64,000 bases of DNA from the human T2T-CHM13v2.0 reference genome, Homo sapiens. The notes beneath the pieces were generated by a model that worked only from the letters and a program-made list of their open reading frames with translations, did not search any database and was not told where the DNA came from. The DNA lies in assembly GCF_009914755.1 (NCBI RefSeq), contig NC_060926.1; one strand, given 5' to 3'. A program made the position numbers and the translations under genes. Below are positions 27,201 through 41,948 of the stretch, piece by piece; the first letter of the stretch is position 1, and every line of letters starts with the position of its first letter.

Positions 27201-29466
27201 TCACACTCCACCACCACCACCACCATCACCACCATCACCACCATCACCACCATACCACTACCACCATCACCACCATCACCACCATCACCATCACCACCAT
27301 CACCACCATACCACTACCACCACCACCACCATCACCACCATCACCACCATACCACTACCACCACCACCACCATCACCACCATACCACTACCACCACCATC
27401 ACCATCACCACCATCACCACCATACCACTACCACCACCATCACCATCACCACCACCATCACCACCATACCACTACCACCATCACCACCATCACCATCACC
27501 ACCATCACCACCATACCACTACCACCACCACCACCATCACCATCACCACCATACCACTACCACCACCACCACCATCACCATCACCATCACCACCATACCA
27601 CTACCACCACCACCACCATCACCATCACCACCATACCACTACCACCACCACCACCATCACCACCATCACCACCATACCACTACCACCACCACCATCACCA
27701 CCATCACCACCATACCACTACCACCACCACCATCACCACCATCACCACCATACCACTACCACCACCACCACCATCACCACCATCACCACCATACCACTAC
27801 CACCACCACCACCATCACCACCATCACCACCATACCACTACCACCACCACCACCATCACCACCATCACCACCATACCACTACCACCACCACCACCATCAC
27901 CATCACCACCATACCACTACCACCACCACCACCATCACCACCATCACCACCATACCACTACCACCACCACCACCATCACCATCACCACCATACCACTACC
28001 ACCACCACCACCATCACCACCATCACCACCATACCACTACCACCACCACCACCATCACCATCACCACCATACCACTACCACCACCACCATCACCACCATC
28101 ACCACCATACCACTACCACCACCACCATCACCACCATCACCACCATACCACTACCACCACCACCACCATCACCACCATCACCACCATACCACTACCACCA
28201 CCACCATCACCACCATACCACTACCACCACCACCACCATCACCATCACCACCATACCACTACCACCACCACCACCATCACCATCACCACCATACCACTAC
28301 CACCACCACCACCATCACCATCACCATCACCACCATACCACTACCACCACCACCACCATCACCACCATCACCACCATACCACTACCACCACCACCATCAC
28401 CACCATCACCACCATACCACTACCACCACCACCACCATCACCACCATACCACTACCACCACCACCACCATCACCATCACCACCATACCACTACCACCACC
28501 ACCACCATCACCATCACCACCATACCACTACCACCACCACCACCATCACCATCACCACCATACCACTACCACCACCATCACCATCACCACCATACCACTA
28601 CCACCACCATCACCATCACCACCATACCACTACCACCACCACCACCATCACCACCATCACCACCATACCACTACCACCACCACCACCATCACCATCACCA
28701 CCATACCACTACCACCACCACCACCATCACCACCATCACCACCATACCACTACCACCACCACCATCACCATCACCACCATACCACTACCACCACCACCAC
28801 CATCACCACCATCACCACCATACCACTACCACCACCACCACCATCACCACCATCACCACCATACCACTACCACCACCACCACCATCACCACCACCATCAC
28901 CACCATACCACTACCACCACCACCACCATCACCATCACCACCATACCACTACCACCACCACCACCATCACCACCATCACCACCATACCACTACCACCACC
29001 ACCATCACCACCATCACCACCATACCACTACCACCACCACCATCACCATCACCACCATACCACTACCACCACCACCACCATCACCACCATCACCACCATA
29101 CCACTACCACCACCACCATCACCATCACCACCATACCACTACCACCACCACCACCATCACCACCATCACCACCATACCACTACCACCACCACCACCATCA
29201 CCATCACCACCATACCACTACCACCACCACCACCATCACCACCATCACCACCATACCACTACCACCACCACCATCACCACCATCACCACCATACCACTAC
29301 CACCACCACCATCACCATCACCACCATACCACTACCACCACCACCACCATCACCACCATCACCAGCACAAACATGGCACCACCATTACCACCACTCCCAC
29401 CACCACTGTCACTACGACCACCACCTCCCCATGCCACCACCACCACCATCACCACTACCACCTCAT
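27201..29466. repeat. G-free (CAC/CAT)n-based VNTR, ~54 units averaging ~39 bp, marker CATACCACTAC
   Basis: No G on + strand from 27201 to 29364; first marker 27251, last 29325; 18 YHY/polyT/IPL cycles in the translated ORF = 54 units; degenerate flank to ~29466. Confidence 0.98.
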
Positions 29467-29483
29467 AGTACAGCAAAGCTTCA

Positions 29484-29757
29484 ATAATAATTATATTAAT
29501 GTTTATCTTAAGCACCTATTTATTGCACAAAAACACTGTTCTTAGCACTTTCCACATAATAGCTCATGTAAGCCTCATAATAAAGCTGAGAGAAGAGCAC
29601 TATTATTATCATCATCATCCTTATTTTATAGATAATAAAACTAAGGCACAGAGTAGATGAGTAATTTGCTCAAGGTTAACTGGCTAGTAAGGGATAGAAT
29701 CAGGATTCCAACCCAGGTGGTCTAGCCTTGGAGTCCACATGCTTAACTACTACTCTC
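29484..29757 (-). mobile_element. MIR SINE, near full length
   Basis: ATTTTATAGATAATAAAACTAAGGCACAGAG...GTAATTTGCTCAAGGT...GGATTCCAACCCAGG. Confidence 0.9.
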
Positions 29758-29954
29758 TGTGGTCACGTTCCTGCAATGCAGCCGCATGTCCAATGCCAAG
29801 CTGATGGGTGCAATACCTGGTAGGATATTAAAGAGAGGGGCATGCTCTCTATACCCTTTTTCTCCATCTGTCAAAGCTGGGAGATGCATATGGTGGTGAG
29901 TCATTTTGGACAAAGCAGATGAAAGCAATTCTTAAAATTTAGCAAATCAAAAAA

Positions 29955-30102
29955 ACAGGAGGATCTGGGTCCCCAACATGATGAAACCCCTTTTATCAGT
30001 TTTTGACTCCTTAGGGGAGAGAAAAATCAAAATCTGCTTGGCTTATACCTCTATTATTTTGGTCCTTAATTACAGCAACTGAATCCATATCTATAATGAC
30101 AC
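29955..30102 (+). mobile_element. MLT1 LTR 3' fragment
   Basis: TCTGGGTCCC...GAGAGAAAAATCAAA...TTACAGCAACTGAA...TGACACA. Confidence 0.55.
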
Positions 30103-30644
30103 AGTGGGCAAAGTCAATCTGGATAGCAACACAGCCAACTGCCCCCACCTCAGAAGCTCTGTCTTCAGCTTCAACATGCCGAGGGCCTAATTCTATGCGA
30201 GGCTGGGCTTTCTGAAGACTCCTGCACCGCCGAGCTGTACAAACCAGACTCACAGGGTGGAAGTGGGGAGAGGCCCATCTCCACGACAACCAAGTGGTGA
30301 TGTTTATATTTATGTAGACTCATAAATGCTCCTGTAGTTTTTATGAGCATAAAACAGAAAATTATCAAACCAGAGCAGAGCTTCCTCAGCAAAGAGCTGA
30401 CACCCCAACAAAAGGCCTCACCTCACAAAACAGGGTGGGTGTCTTCTTGGAGACTATAAGATCACAGCAGAAACTAGATAGGCCATCTAATCTGATCTGA
30501 AGGCTGGGAAAGAGAAAAGGAGAGGGGTGAAGGAGGCCAAAGCTGAGTCAAAAGGTTGGAACGTGAAGGTTTGGGAGGTGCAATGAAGGAGTCAAAGTGT
30601 TTTTAAAATCATTTTTTAATTGAAAAATCAATGTAGTAGTAAAG

Positions 30645-30779
30645 TTTTTTTCTTCTTCTTCGTAGAGAGAGGTCTTGCTTTGTTGCTCAGGCTGGTCTCA
30701 AACTCCTCTGCTCAAGGGATCCTTTTGTCTCAGCCTCCCAAAGTGCTAGGTTTATAAGCATGAACCACCCTGCCTGGCC
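30645..30779 (-). mobile_element. FLAM_C-type free left Alu monomer
   Basis: Single Alu arm with T tail; TSD AGTAGTAAAG / AGTGGTAAAG. Confidence 0.9.
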
Positions 30780-30949
30780 AGTGGTAAAGAAATTTTTAAG
30801 CCTCTAAAATTTCATGAATCCTTAATAGAACTTTAAAAAAAGTTTTCTATATATGTCTTCGTACCCACACTTATCAAACTTATCTACAAATATGTTCAAC
30901 TTTTTGACTTCTAATTATAATTCTCCACATTTCTACATATCTATTGCAA

Positions 30950-31095
30950 TTGTTAGGAAAGTCACTTACTCTCACAAAATCTCAATTTTCTCATCTTTAA
31001 AATGGGGCTAACTATACCTAGAGGAGTTGTTATAAGGATTAAGTAAAGAGGGTCAAACACCCAGCAGCATGCCTGCCACAGAGCATAAACAACCT
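30950..31095 (+). mobile_element. MIR fragment
   Basis: AAGTCACTTA...CTCAATTTTCTCATCTTTAAAATGGGG...GTTGTTATAAGGATTAAG core. Confidence 0.85.
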
Positions 31096-31234
31096 TTCCC
31101 TTTAAAGAGTGATAAAGTTTCCCCAAAACTCCCCGTTCTCCGCATTCAAGGCTTCTCTCTTCCTTCGCACTCTGTGCTCATAAGGTACTTCTTGTCTATC
31201 CACATTACACCAGTAAAGAGGTAACTTAAAGGCC

Positions 31235-31930
<696 letters not shown>

Positions 31931-32829
31931 AAGTCTCTTTCCAAAGTGAAAATTTGGGGTGTCACAGGAAAAGATACTAACACAGGATGCCTGCCTTGCC
32001 CTGATCACTCCAGCCCTACCCCATTCTCTGCCATCTCCTCTCTAGTGTCCAGGCACATTTTTTCTTTTTCTCATGTAGGCAATTTTTCCAACACTTAGGA
32101 GCTGAGGAAAGCCCAGAGTCTATTCTTACACATCACATCAAGGAATTTCTTCCCCAAAAAAATTCTCTTTGCATTTATGTCATTGGGATGAACTCCTTTA
32201 TGTGTATGTATTTTTTATTTCGATGAACTTTCCAGAGTGGGAATCCATCCTTATGACTTTTTATTCATATGACCGCTTTGCTTTCTAAGATGGCTGTACC
32301 CAGTCACAACCCCCAAGGCAATTCATTCACACCCAACAATTAGTTTTCTCTGGTATGAGAACCAGGAGAAAAGTCCAGTCCTGAGGGCACTGGTCTGGCT
32401 ACTCTTACACCCCGGGTCTTCAGGGAAAAGTTCCCCCAAAGTGATGATGCTTCTCAAGTACGTGAGGTGCTTGTTCATCTCAAACATGTCATCATCCACA
32501 TTTATGCATTCCAGACATGAAGTGTCTACCTGGGGCCTGGCATGGGCCGTGCCCTGGGATAAGCATGGCAGTGGTGCGTAACCAGCACGGTGACCTCTGG
32601 CCTCTGGCAATGTGACCTGTGGATGACGAGTCCACTCACAGAGCAGTGGCTTACACAGACAAGAGAATCCTTAGCTGCCCTGTGTCCATCCCATCATTAG
32701 AGGAGATCCGCCAAACTCAAAAAGGAGTCTAGAATCACAAGCATCACGGTTATAGTTAGTGAGTTACTGCCTGGCCAATGAGTTTCAAGAGGCTCTGCCT
32801 TTTTCCTCTTAGTTACAATTCAAAATTCT

Positions 32830-33030
32830 TGGGAAAGACTCTGATTGTCCCTTCTTGGGTTATCTACTCATCTCCTATACCAATCACTGAGGCCAGGATA
32901 GTAGAATGGTGTAAGGGACAGCTTCCATGTGGACCTCATGATTCTTAGAGAAGAAAGAGTGGCACCCCAAAAGAAGGAGGCATTTTCCCAGTGGGAAAGA
33001 AAGGTGTTGGACATACAAAACAAAAAATAG
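32830..33030 (-). mobile_element. MLT1 LTR fragment
   Basis: GACTCTGATTG...TTGGGT...ACCAATCACTGAGGCCAGG. Confidence 0.55.
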
Positions 33031-33087
33031 TTTTCAGAAAGGTGAGCACATGCGTGGGCACATGCACACACACGTGAGGAGGTGGAC

Positions 33088-33630
33088 TGTCTCTTAGCTT
33101 GGGTTCCCCCAGAAAGAAGGGGAATTGCAATTGTTAGGAAAGTCACTTAACCTCACAAAATCTCAATTTTCTCATCTTTAAAATGGGGCTAATTATACCT
33201 AGAGGAGTCGTGACCCTGAGATAGAAATTTGAGTGAAGTTTCTTTGGGAGCTGATCCCAGGCAACACCACCATAGAAGTGGGGAAGAGAAAGCTGTCAGT
33301 GAAAGGGACATTCTTGAGCCAGTTACCACCGAGGGGAACTGGGGCTTAATCCCACCGCAGAACTCTGGGAGTCAATACAAGACAGTAACCCCGGAGTTAT
33401 CTCACTTGAGAGCTGCTTCTACACAACCACCACCAGTCACTGGTGGATGGCTGCTCCGGGGACTGGGGAGTGTTGTTAATTCTCTGAAACTTCTGCCCAT
33501 TGGGCACTCAGACAGTGCAGGCTCCAGCTGCCAGAGAAAGCCCTTGTGCAGTTGGACACCTGGCTGGTGTTCACACAGTGGTCAGGCCCGGGGAATATTG
33601 CTGGGACACTGACAGTGTCTGTTTCATATA
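33088..33630 (-). mobile_element. LTR33 (ERVL) solo LTR carrying an ~97-bp insertion
   Basis: TGTCTCTTAGCTTGGGTTCCCCCAGAA [insert] GACCCTGAGA...TTTGGGAGCTGATCCCAGG...GAGCCAGTTACCAC...AACTCTGGGAG. Confidence 0.8.
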
Positions 33631-33879
33631 TGCTTGTGTTCCAGCGGGAGAGATAATTGTGGGAGACCCCATATCTTTATATCTAGCAGCAAGGGGATAA
33701 GAAATTTGTGTTCCCTCTCAGGGTTCATGGGGATGAGGCTCGGGTGATGATGGCTCATGAGGGAGAGCTTTATCTGCAGATCTATCGTTTCCATTGGGGA
33801 AGCCCACTTTTAGTGCTAGGGAGGGCTGCCGGGTGCAATGACCATGAAGAGGGTGTTCCTGGGGACAGTCACATGTATG

Positions 33880-34378
33880 GAGCATACTTGTTAGTTTCTT
33901 TCCCTACAGGATGGGAACCTAACCCTGCCCTGGCCAATTAGTGCATTTGGACTCCCTATGCATAGCACCTGGTTCAAAGATGGACTTGTGGCCCAAATCA
34001 GTAAAATTCAGTTAATCCTAGAATGTTTGTTAGAATGGCCAGGAAAAGATCTTTCTGTAGCAGAAAGAAATGGGGAGACTGTTAGCATGTGGCTATGGAG
34101 GTCACCCTGTAAAAAGAGCCTGCCTGAAGAAAAGTCACAGGAAAAACAAAGGAGCCAAGGCTGAGGAGAGAGTGAGGGCTGATGACAGCACATGAGCTGC
34201 TGGATCAAGCTGTGCCTGAAAACCCACCAAATCCACCCATTGACTGTTCAGGTGTGTGTGTGAAAAGGTATGTGTGCCTGACTTTGACTGTTCAGCTGCG
34301 TGTGTTAAAATGAATTTTGCTGAAGCAATTTTTGTTGGTTTTCTGTCAGTTGTCCCTGGAAGAATCCTGGAAATACAA
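33880..34378 (+). mobile_element. MLT1K-like MaLR LTR
   Basis: GGCCAAT...TGGTTCA...GAGCCTGCCTGA...CTGGATCAAGCTGTGCCTGAA...TTTTCTGTCAGTTG...ATACA. Confidence 0.75.
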
Positions 34379-34498
34379 GATGTGAACTTGCAAGACAGTA
34401 AGATTTCCAGGCAAGCCCTGGCTGAAGGAACCAGGAGAAGTGTCAATTGCTCTTATGTTTCTGAGAACTAATTTCCTGGCGCCTTGAAGAGCAGCTAT

Positions 34499-34534
34499 GA
34501 GAATCTTAAGGGTTACGAGAATCTTAAGGGTTAC
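34499..34534. repeat. Perfect 18-bp tandem duplication
   Basis: GAGAATCTTAAGGGTTAC x2. Confidence 0.95.
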
Positions 34535-34757
34535 CAAGGCAACAGAATCAGTCCTTAGAAGTGAGTTTAAGGCTTTCTTTCTTTATTTCTGGCAGATAAT
34601 TGACAATCCTCTTGCTTGATAAAAATCTACACTGGCTGGTTAAAAAAAAAAAAAAGTGACTGTAGCACCTTTCCATGAATTATTGGTCCACGATAGATTT
34701 AGTCAGACTTTTCTCTGCCTCTTACAAAGCCAATTAGGATGATATCAGATAAGATCC

Positions 34758-35005
34758 ATAATAATAGCTAACATTTTTATGCACTTATGTGTCCGGCAGA
34801 GTTCTAAAACGCTGCAAATACATAAATTCATTTGACTCTCATGGTTAAACAACTTACAAGACAGGCACTATTATTACCTCTGTTGTATAGATGAGGAAGC
34901 TGAAGCACAGAGGTTAAGTCACTTCCACAAAGTCACACAGTTGGTACATAGTGGAATGAGGATTCAAGCCCAGACCTTCTGAATCTAGAGGCTATATTCT
35001 TTTCT
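34758..35005 (-). mobile_element. MIR SINE
   Basis: AATAATAGCTAACATTT...AGATGAGGAAGCTGAAGCACAGAGGTTAAGTCACTTCC...GGATTCAAGCCCAG. Confidence 0.9.
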
Positions 35006-35811
35006 CATCACCCCTCCAGGAGAAAGGGGGAAAAAGCCCTGCTTTCCATTAATCCCATGACACAAGCCAAGCATGTCCCTAAGCTACTTCCACAGGTGCA
35101 ATGGGGACTGTGTCTCTCAGGACGAGATAGGCCAGGAGTAGACAGGCATGCTGGGGGCAGGGGCTGCTTTGTGAAATTAGTTGGAAATACATTCCTGGGG
35201 AATGTGGGGTCCAGGTACCACTCAATGACCCCTTTCCTCATCCCCTTCTTTCTCACTTTCCACAGTGGCCATACCAAAGTGCCCTTTGTCCTCAAGTCCC
35301 CATCTCCCCCAGTCTCTGCTAACGGCCTCATTACCCACTGCACCAAGAAAACAGGGGCCATGCGGCATAACCCCTTCCACTGCCTGCTCCTATAAACTTA
35401 CCAGTATCTCCAAACAATCTTGGGTTCTTCCATTCGGACTAAGAGGATGTGTTCCTCATCTCAACCAGGACTCTACCCTGATCCTGTTGCCTGCTCTCTT
35501 GGAGACTCCTAGGCCTGGTTATTTTATCTCTGCCCTGGCTCCTGCTCTTCAACCAATCAGCCCATCCAAGTCCCTCATAGCCTAAAAAAGAAAATCCAGC
35601 CACCAACCCCTTTGAATTGCCATATATCATGAAAGAGGCCTACAGTGGTGCCTCTACTTCCTGATACCCAATCATTCCTTAGCCCACTGTAATCTGGTCT
35701 CTGACCACCATGCCCCTCCCTTCACAAACAGTTCCTATGGTGGTCATGGAAGACCTAATCTTACTGAATTCCCTACGGTGTTTGAAGCCCCCTTCTCCTT
35801 TTGTAAGCCTC

Positions 35812-36062
35812 AGCAGTTGAGTATGGTGGTAAAGGATGCTGCTTAGGAGACCGACGGCCCGGGTGCAAATCCCAGCTTCTACCTGTGTGATCTTGGGCAA
35901 TGGGCAAGTGACTCACTCTCTCTAAGCACCACTTTCCTCAGCTATACAATGGTGGCGATAATGCTCTCTACATGCTAGGGCTATTTAAAGATTAAATGAG
36001 AGGATAAATAGAAGGCCAGACCTCTGGATGAGCCATGCATTTCCTCTTTGTTAATTACTGAC
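35812..36062 (+). mobile_element. MIR SINE
   Basis: GGGTGCAAATCCCAGCTTCTAC...TGTGTGATCTTGGGCAA...TTTCCTCAGCTATACAATGG...GATTAAATGAG. Confidence 0.85.
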
Positions 36063-37627
36063 CACCTTCCTCTACTCGGTGCTGACTTTAGAGCCCCCAG
36101 ATATCCTTTGCAGAATTATCTGCCCCCCTTAGAGGTAGTAGGGGAGCACAAGCCCCAGCAAGAAAAAATGTGCACCCCAGTGCCCTTGGCATCAGTCAGT
36201 CAAGTCCTATTCTCATTCACGCTGTTTGGCCTGCAGTCAGACTCTGAGGTCTGGCCATTTTGGGATACGGACAAGTTCAGATTCCTGGGCCTACAAAGGG
36301 TGGCTGGTGCTTGCCCTGAGAAGCCCTGGCTGACTGAGGAGCTGGCAATCTAGGGGACCTGCCCTGAATGAGGGAGACGGAAGCATCAAGAACAACCCCC
36401 AGGTTTCCGCTTTGGGTGCCCAAAGAACTCCTAGGCAGAGGGGCAGACCTGGGGAAAGGGACCTTCTATGCAGTGCGGTGCTGGAGAAATGGAGAGGTCC
36501 AGCCAGCAGTCATATCACACACAGGGTACAGCTGTGGTGCCATCAGCATGTGGACAGGAGGAGGCCCTGCTTCCTCTTGCTTTCTCCCAGTTGCTACACA
36601 TGACTGCATTTCCTCAATTCAGTTCAAGGCAAAATTTCCCATTTCTGATAACTGCTGTTGCATTTGCTTGCACCATCACAACCTGAGACCCACTTACCTT
36701 TTCAGCTTGACATTTCTTGGTCTACCTTGAAGGTGTGAATTCAGACCTCAGACCAGCATGAGGACCAGCCCGTGGTCCACATTCTAAGAGGAGATTATTT
36801 TCTTACCTCCGCCTAGTGCCAGCTGTGAGGCATTCAGATTTCCTTGCTGGCCTGGCAGCCAGGCGGGTTCATTCCTTGTTGACCCTTCCATTGAGAGTGT
36901 AGCTCTTTGGTGTCCTACACTCCCTCCCATCCCCCTCACCTTGACTGCTTTTTCTTTCTTAGAGGCTACATATAATAACGGTGGATCTTAACAATCAGGT
37001 ACCTTATATTAGATGACACACTGTACCTTCCTAAACACAGAGATTTGATCTTATTTTTCCCTACTGAAAGCCTTAGTGACTTTCTCTTTCTTGGAGTGTG
37101 AAGGCCAACCCCTTGGCCACAAATACAGGGCCTGTTCTCATCTCTCATCTCCTGACACTTCCCCCTCCTACCCCACACCATGCCCAGGAACCTCAGGTCC
37201 ACTGACACCAGATGACAGTGATTCCCCAGCAGACTCGCTGCAGGGGCCACTTTGGAGGGCAATACAGAGGATGCTGCGTGGAGCCTCTGCCTCAGAAGTT
37301 ACAAACAACCTGCATCCAGAGCTCCCGCCCCCATCCCCTCTTATGGCTCATATTTTGTTATTTAATAAGAAAAAAAAGATAAAATTTTCAGGTTTTAGCT
37401 TACAAATGTAGAACTTTTTTGAGAAAAAAAGGCATTTAAAAGTAGGATTAAATTTGAGCAATAAAAAGATTATGTTTCAGGAAAATGATAATATTTTATA
37501 GATGTACAAGTATTACTTGGGATGCAGACATTTTCAAACCCATATTTAAGTGGTTTCTAAATTTTTAATAGAAAGAGTTTATCTTAACAATATCTTACCA
37601 AGTTCAAGCACCAGCATTCTTTGATAA

Positions 37628-38125
<498 letters not shown>

Positions 38126-38588
38126 TAACATTGAAAAGTTAAAGAAAATTTAATAAAGAGGCTTTTATGCATTTTATGTCTCCCATTAAATAACCTTGAT
38201 ATTGAAACTTTTCCATACTCACTTCCATTACCTCCCACTTCCCCCATGCCTGATGGGAGACTAATAATTCACTAGATTTTTAAAATTAACTATCACATCT
38301 CTAATAAATTGAAATAAGTTAATTAATGCTAATCTTGAGGAATTGCAGGGAAAGTGTGTCTGGAAACCTGTTATTTTACAAAAAGAGCCTTACATACCTC
38401 AGGTCTGTGTGAATTCTCTCCCCTACCTCCGGGGCCCGGTAGAATGGAGACTGACCAGATTTTTCTTTCTCCAGGAAGTCTGCACTAGAACTTCTCTCTC
38501 CTGAATCTCATCTGGGTTCCCCAGGCTAGCTGAATGAATCTTCTCAACCATGTTAGAATTAGTTTTGTATGTTGGTCTCTTAGTATAA

Positions 38589-38954
<366 letters not shown>

Positions 38955-39130
38955 TATGGGAAAGTTTTAGAGGCAAATAAAAAAGGTATCTCAAGTCCCA
39001 ATTACTCCATTCATCCTTTTAAGACTCAAAACTTCTCATTGGTAAAATGAGTACAACCTAGTCCAGAGGAGCTACAGCAGATAATGCCTGTGCCTGTCAT
39101 TTGGCACAAAGAAAGACATGGTTGAGATTA

Positions 39131-39637
<507 letters not shown>

Positions 39638-39973
39638 TTAGAAGAAAAAGAATAAAGTATAAAATAATAATAATAACAAAGTTAAATTCATCCCTTTCTT
39701 TTGTTCTTTTTCTGATACCTTCTCTTTCCTTTCTGATCCATTTGGCCCTGAGGCCATCAGTGAGTGGGGTGAGGTAGGTGTCCACAGTGAGGGGCTCTCA
39801 GTGGCTAGGAACAGTGTCTCCAAGCCCCAGTGGGGTAAGGAGGGTGTCCGCATGGAAGGACAGCCCCATGCCCAGTGTCAGAGCCTGCATATGGTGAGAA
39901 GGACATCCAGATGGGAAAGAGGATAGTAGTAGAGACAGAAGATCAGTTACACACGAGGATGGATCAACTAAGC

Positions 39974-40432
39974 TGTGAAAGGAAATCTCCAGACCCCAAT
40001 TCACTCTGCCAAAAGGAAAAACTTAGCCTGAAAGCTGAGTCATGCAAGAAACCGCCTTTCCTTTTGTTCCTAAGCAGACAGCTACAGATAAAAGGTTAAA
40101 TATCTCCACAGGTAGCTGCTTTATCTTCACCTTACCTTATATAAAGTGTAGCTTTACTGAGCGCAAGATGAATACAGAATTGACTACTCCCCTACCTGCT
40201 CCTTTTCTCCTGCAACATATAGACTCAGTAATGTGACCATACCCTCTCTCTTGCCCCACCAACCGCTTTTCCCCTTTAAGTATTTGAAGCCCTCAAAATC
40301 ACCTTTGGAAAAAGGCAGGATCACAGGTTGTTCCTGTGGATTTATGTTTCTTTTTTCAGGGCATGTCCTTAACGTTGGCAAAATAAACCTCTAAATTGAT
40401 TGAGACCTGCCTCAGACACTTTTTGGTTTACA
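39974..40432 (+). mobile_element. MER4-group (MER4C-like) ERV1 solo LTR
   Basis: TGTGAAAGGAAA start, ...TTTTGGTTTACA end, AATAAA at 40382, 4-bp TSD AAGC/AAGT. Confidence 0.88.
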
Positions 40433-41948
40433 AAGTAAATACATTAAGGGTAGTGGATGCCACTGTCAGGAAAGGGAGTTACAAACAGGAAAGAGAAAAA
40501 ATGAACCTTGTGGTGGTTGGATTGGAATTGTAGACATCAATGTGAACTCACAGTTTTCCATATATATAGATTTATGAATAAAATAAACATAAATGTGTAT
40601 ATATGTGGAAAGAAAGATTGCTAAGTAGTATTTTATGGTATGAATGTACAATACCACAATTGTTTATCCATCCTGTTGCTAGGCATTTACCTTATTTCCA
40701 GTTTGGGGGCTATTATGAATAAAGCTTCTATGAACATCTTTACACAATTCTTTTTGGATACATATTTTCATTTCTCTTAGGTAAATACTCCACAAGTGAA
40801 ATTATTGGGTCATAGGGTAGGTCTTTGCTTAACTGCATAAGAATTCATCAAATGGTTTTCTGAGTTGGTTGTACCATTTTCACAACCAGCAATGTAAGAG
40901 AGATTCAGTTGTTTGACATACTCACCAACATTTGGGGCTTTCAATGTTGCCCCTTGAGTAGGATTAAAAGGCTATCACATTGTGATTTTAATATGTATTT
41001 TCCCGATGACTAATAATATTGAGCACATTTTCATGTGCTTATTTGCTGTTCATATGTCTTCTTCCATGAATTGTCTCCTCAAATCTTTTGCCTATCTCTT
41101 AAAAATTTGGCTGTTTGTCTTTTTGTTATTGTGAGTTTTTAATATATTCTGCATACAAGTCATTTGTCACTTACATGCACTGTGAATATTTTTCCTACTC
41201 TGTAACTTGCCTACTTATTTTCTTAATGGTTTCTTTTAATGAGCAGATTTTAATTTTGATGAAATCTAATTTCTCTTTTTTTCTCTCATGACTATTTATT
41301 TTATAAAAATTTTCTACCTAAGAAAATTTTGCCTTACTTCAGGAAGATATTTTTTATGTTTTCTCTTGAAACTTTAGAATTTTAGCTTTTACACATAGGT
41401 CTTTGTTCCACCATGAATTACATCTTTATGTGGTATGAATAGTGATTGAAGTTCATTTTATCTTGTTTAATTTATCCAATTATTCCAGAATCATTTGTCA
41501 AAAATAATTTTCTTTCCCCATAGGAAATCCTTGATGCCTCTGTCAAAAATCAATAAACCATATATGTATGGGTCCATTTCTGGACTCTTTGTTCTGTTCA
41601 ATTGATCTATTTGTCTACCCTGACCTAAATAACTCCCTACCATGATCATAGTAGCTCCATAATAAGTATCAGCATCAGATACTTAGAAAGCTCACTTAGT
41701 GTGAGCTTTGAGGTTTTCCCCCAACTAGATTGTTTTGGGTATTCTAAGCCCCTTGTATTTCCATTTAAATTGTAAGATTAACCTGCCAATTTCTACACAA
41801 ATCTGTTAGGATTGTAGTTGAAATGATATTGAATCTTTAGGTCACTTTAAGTAAACTTGACATATAACAGTATTGAATCTTTCAATCCATGGCATGTATC
41901 TTTCCATTTTGCCGGTCTTCTTAAATTTCTCTCAAAAATCTTTTGTTG

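Noticed and set aside
27201-29364. CRISPR-like or telomere-like array
   Set aside because: Inter-marker segments are only CAC/CAT triplets, not unique spacers; no TTAGGG units; eukaryotic context with no cas genes.
27163-29487. 774-aa ORF as a genuine extensin/mucin/His-rich protein gene
   Set aside because: Openness is fully explained by a G-free repeat that cannot contain stops; track start is GTG; no signal peptide, promoter or unique domain. Kept only as a hypothesis under findings.
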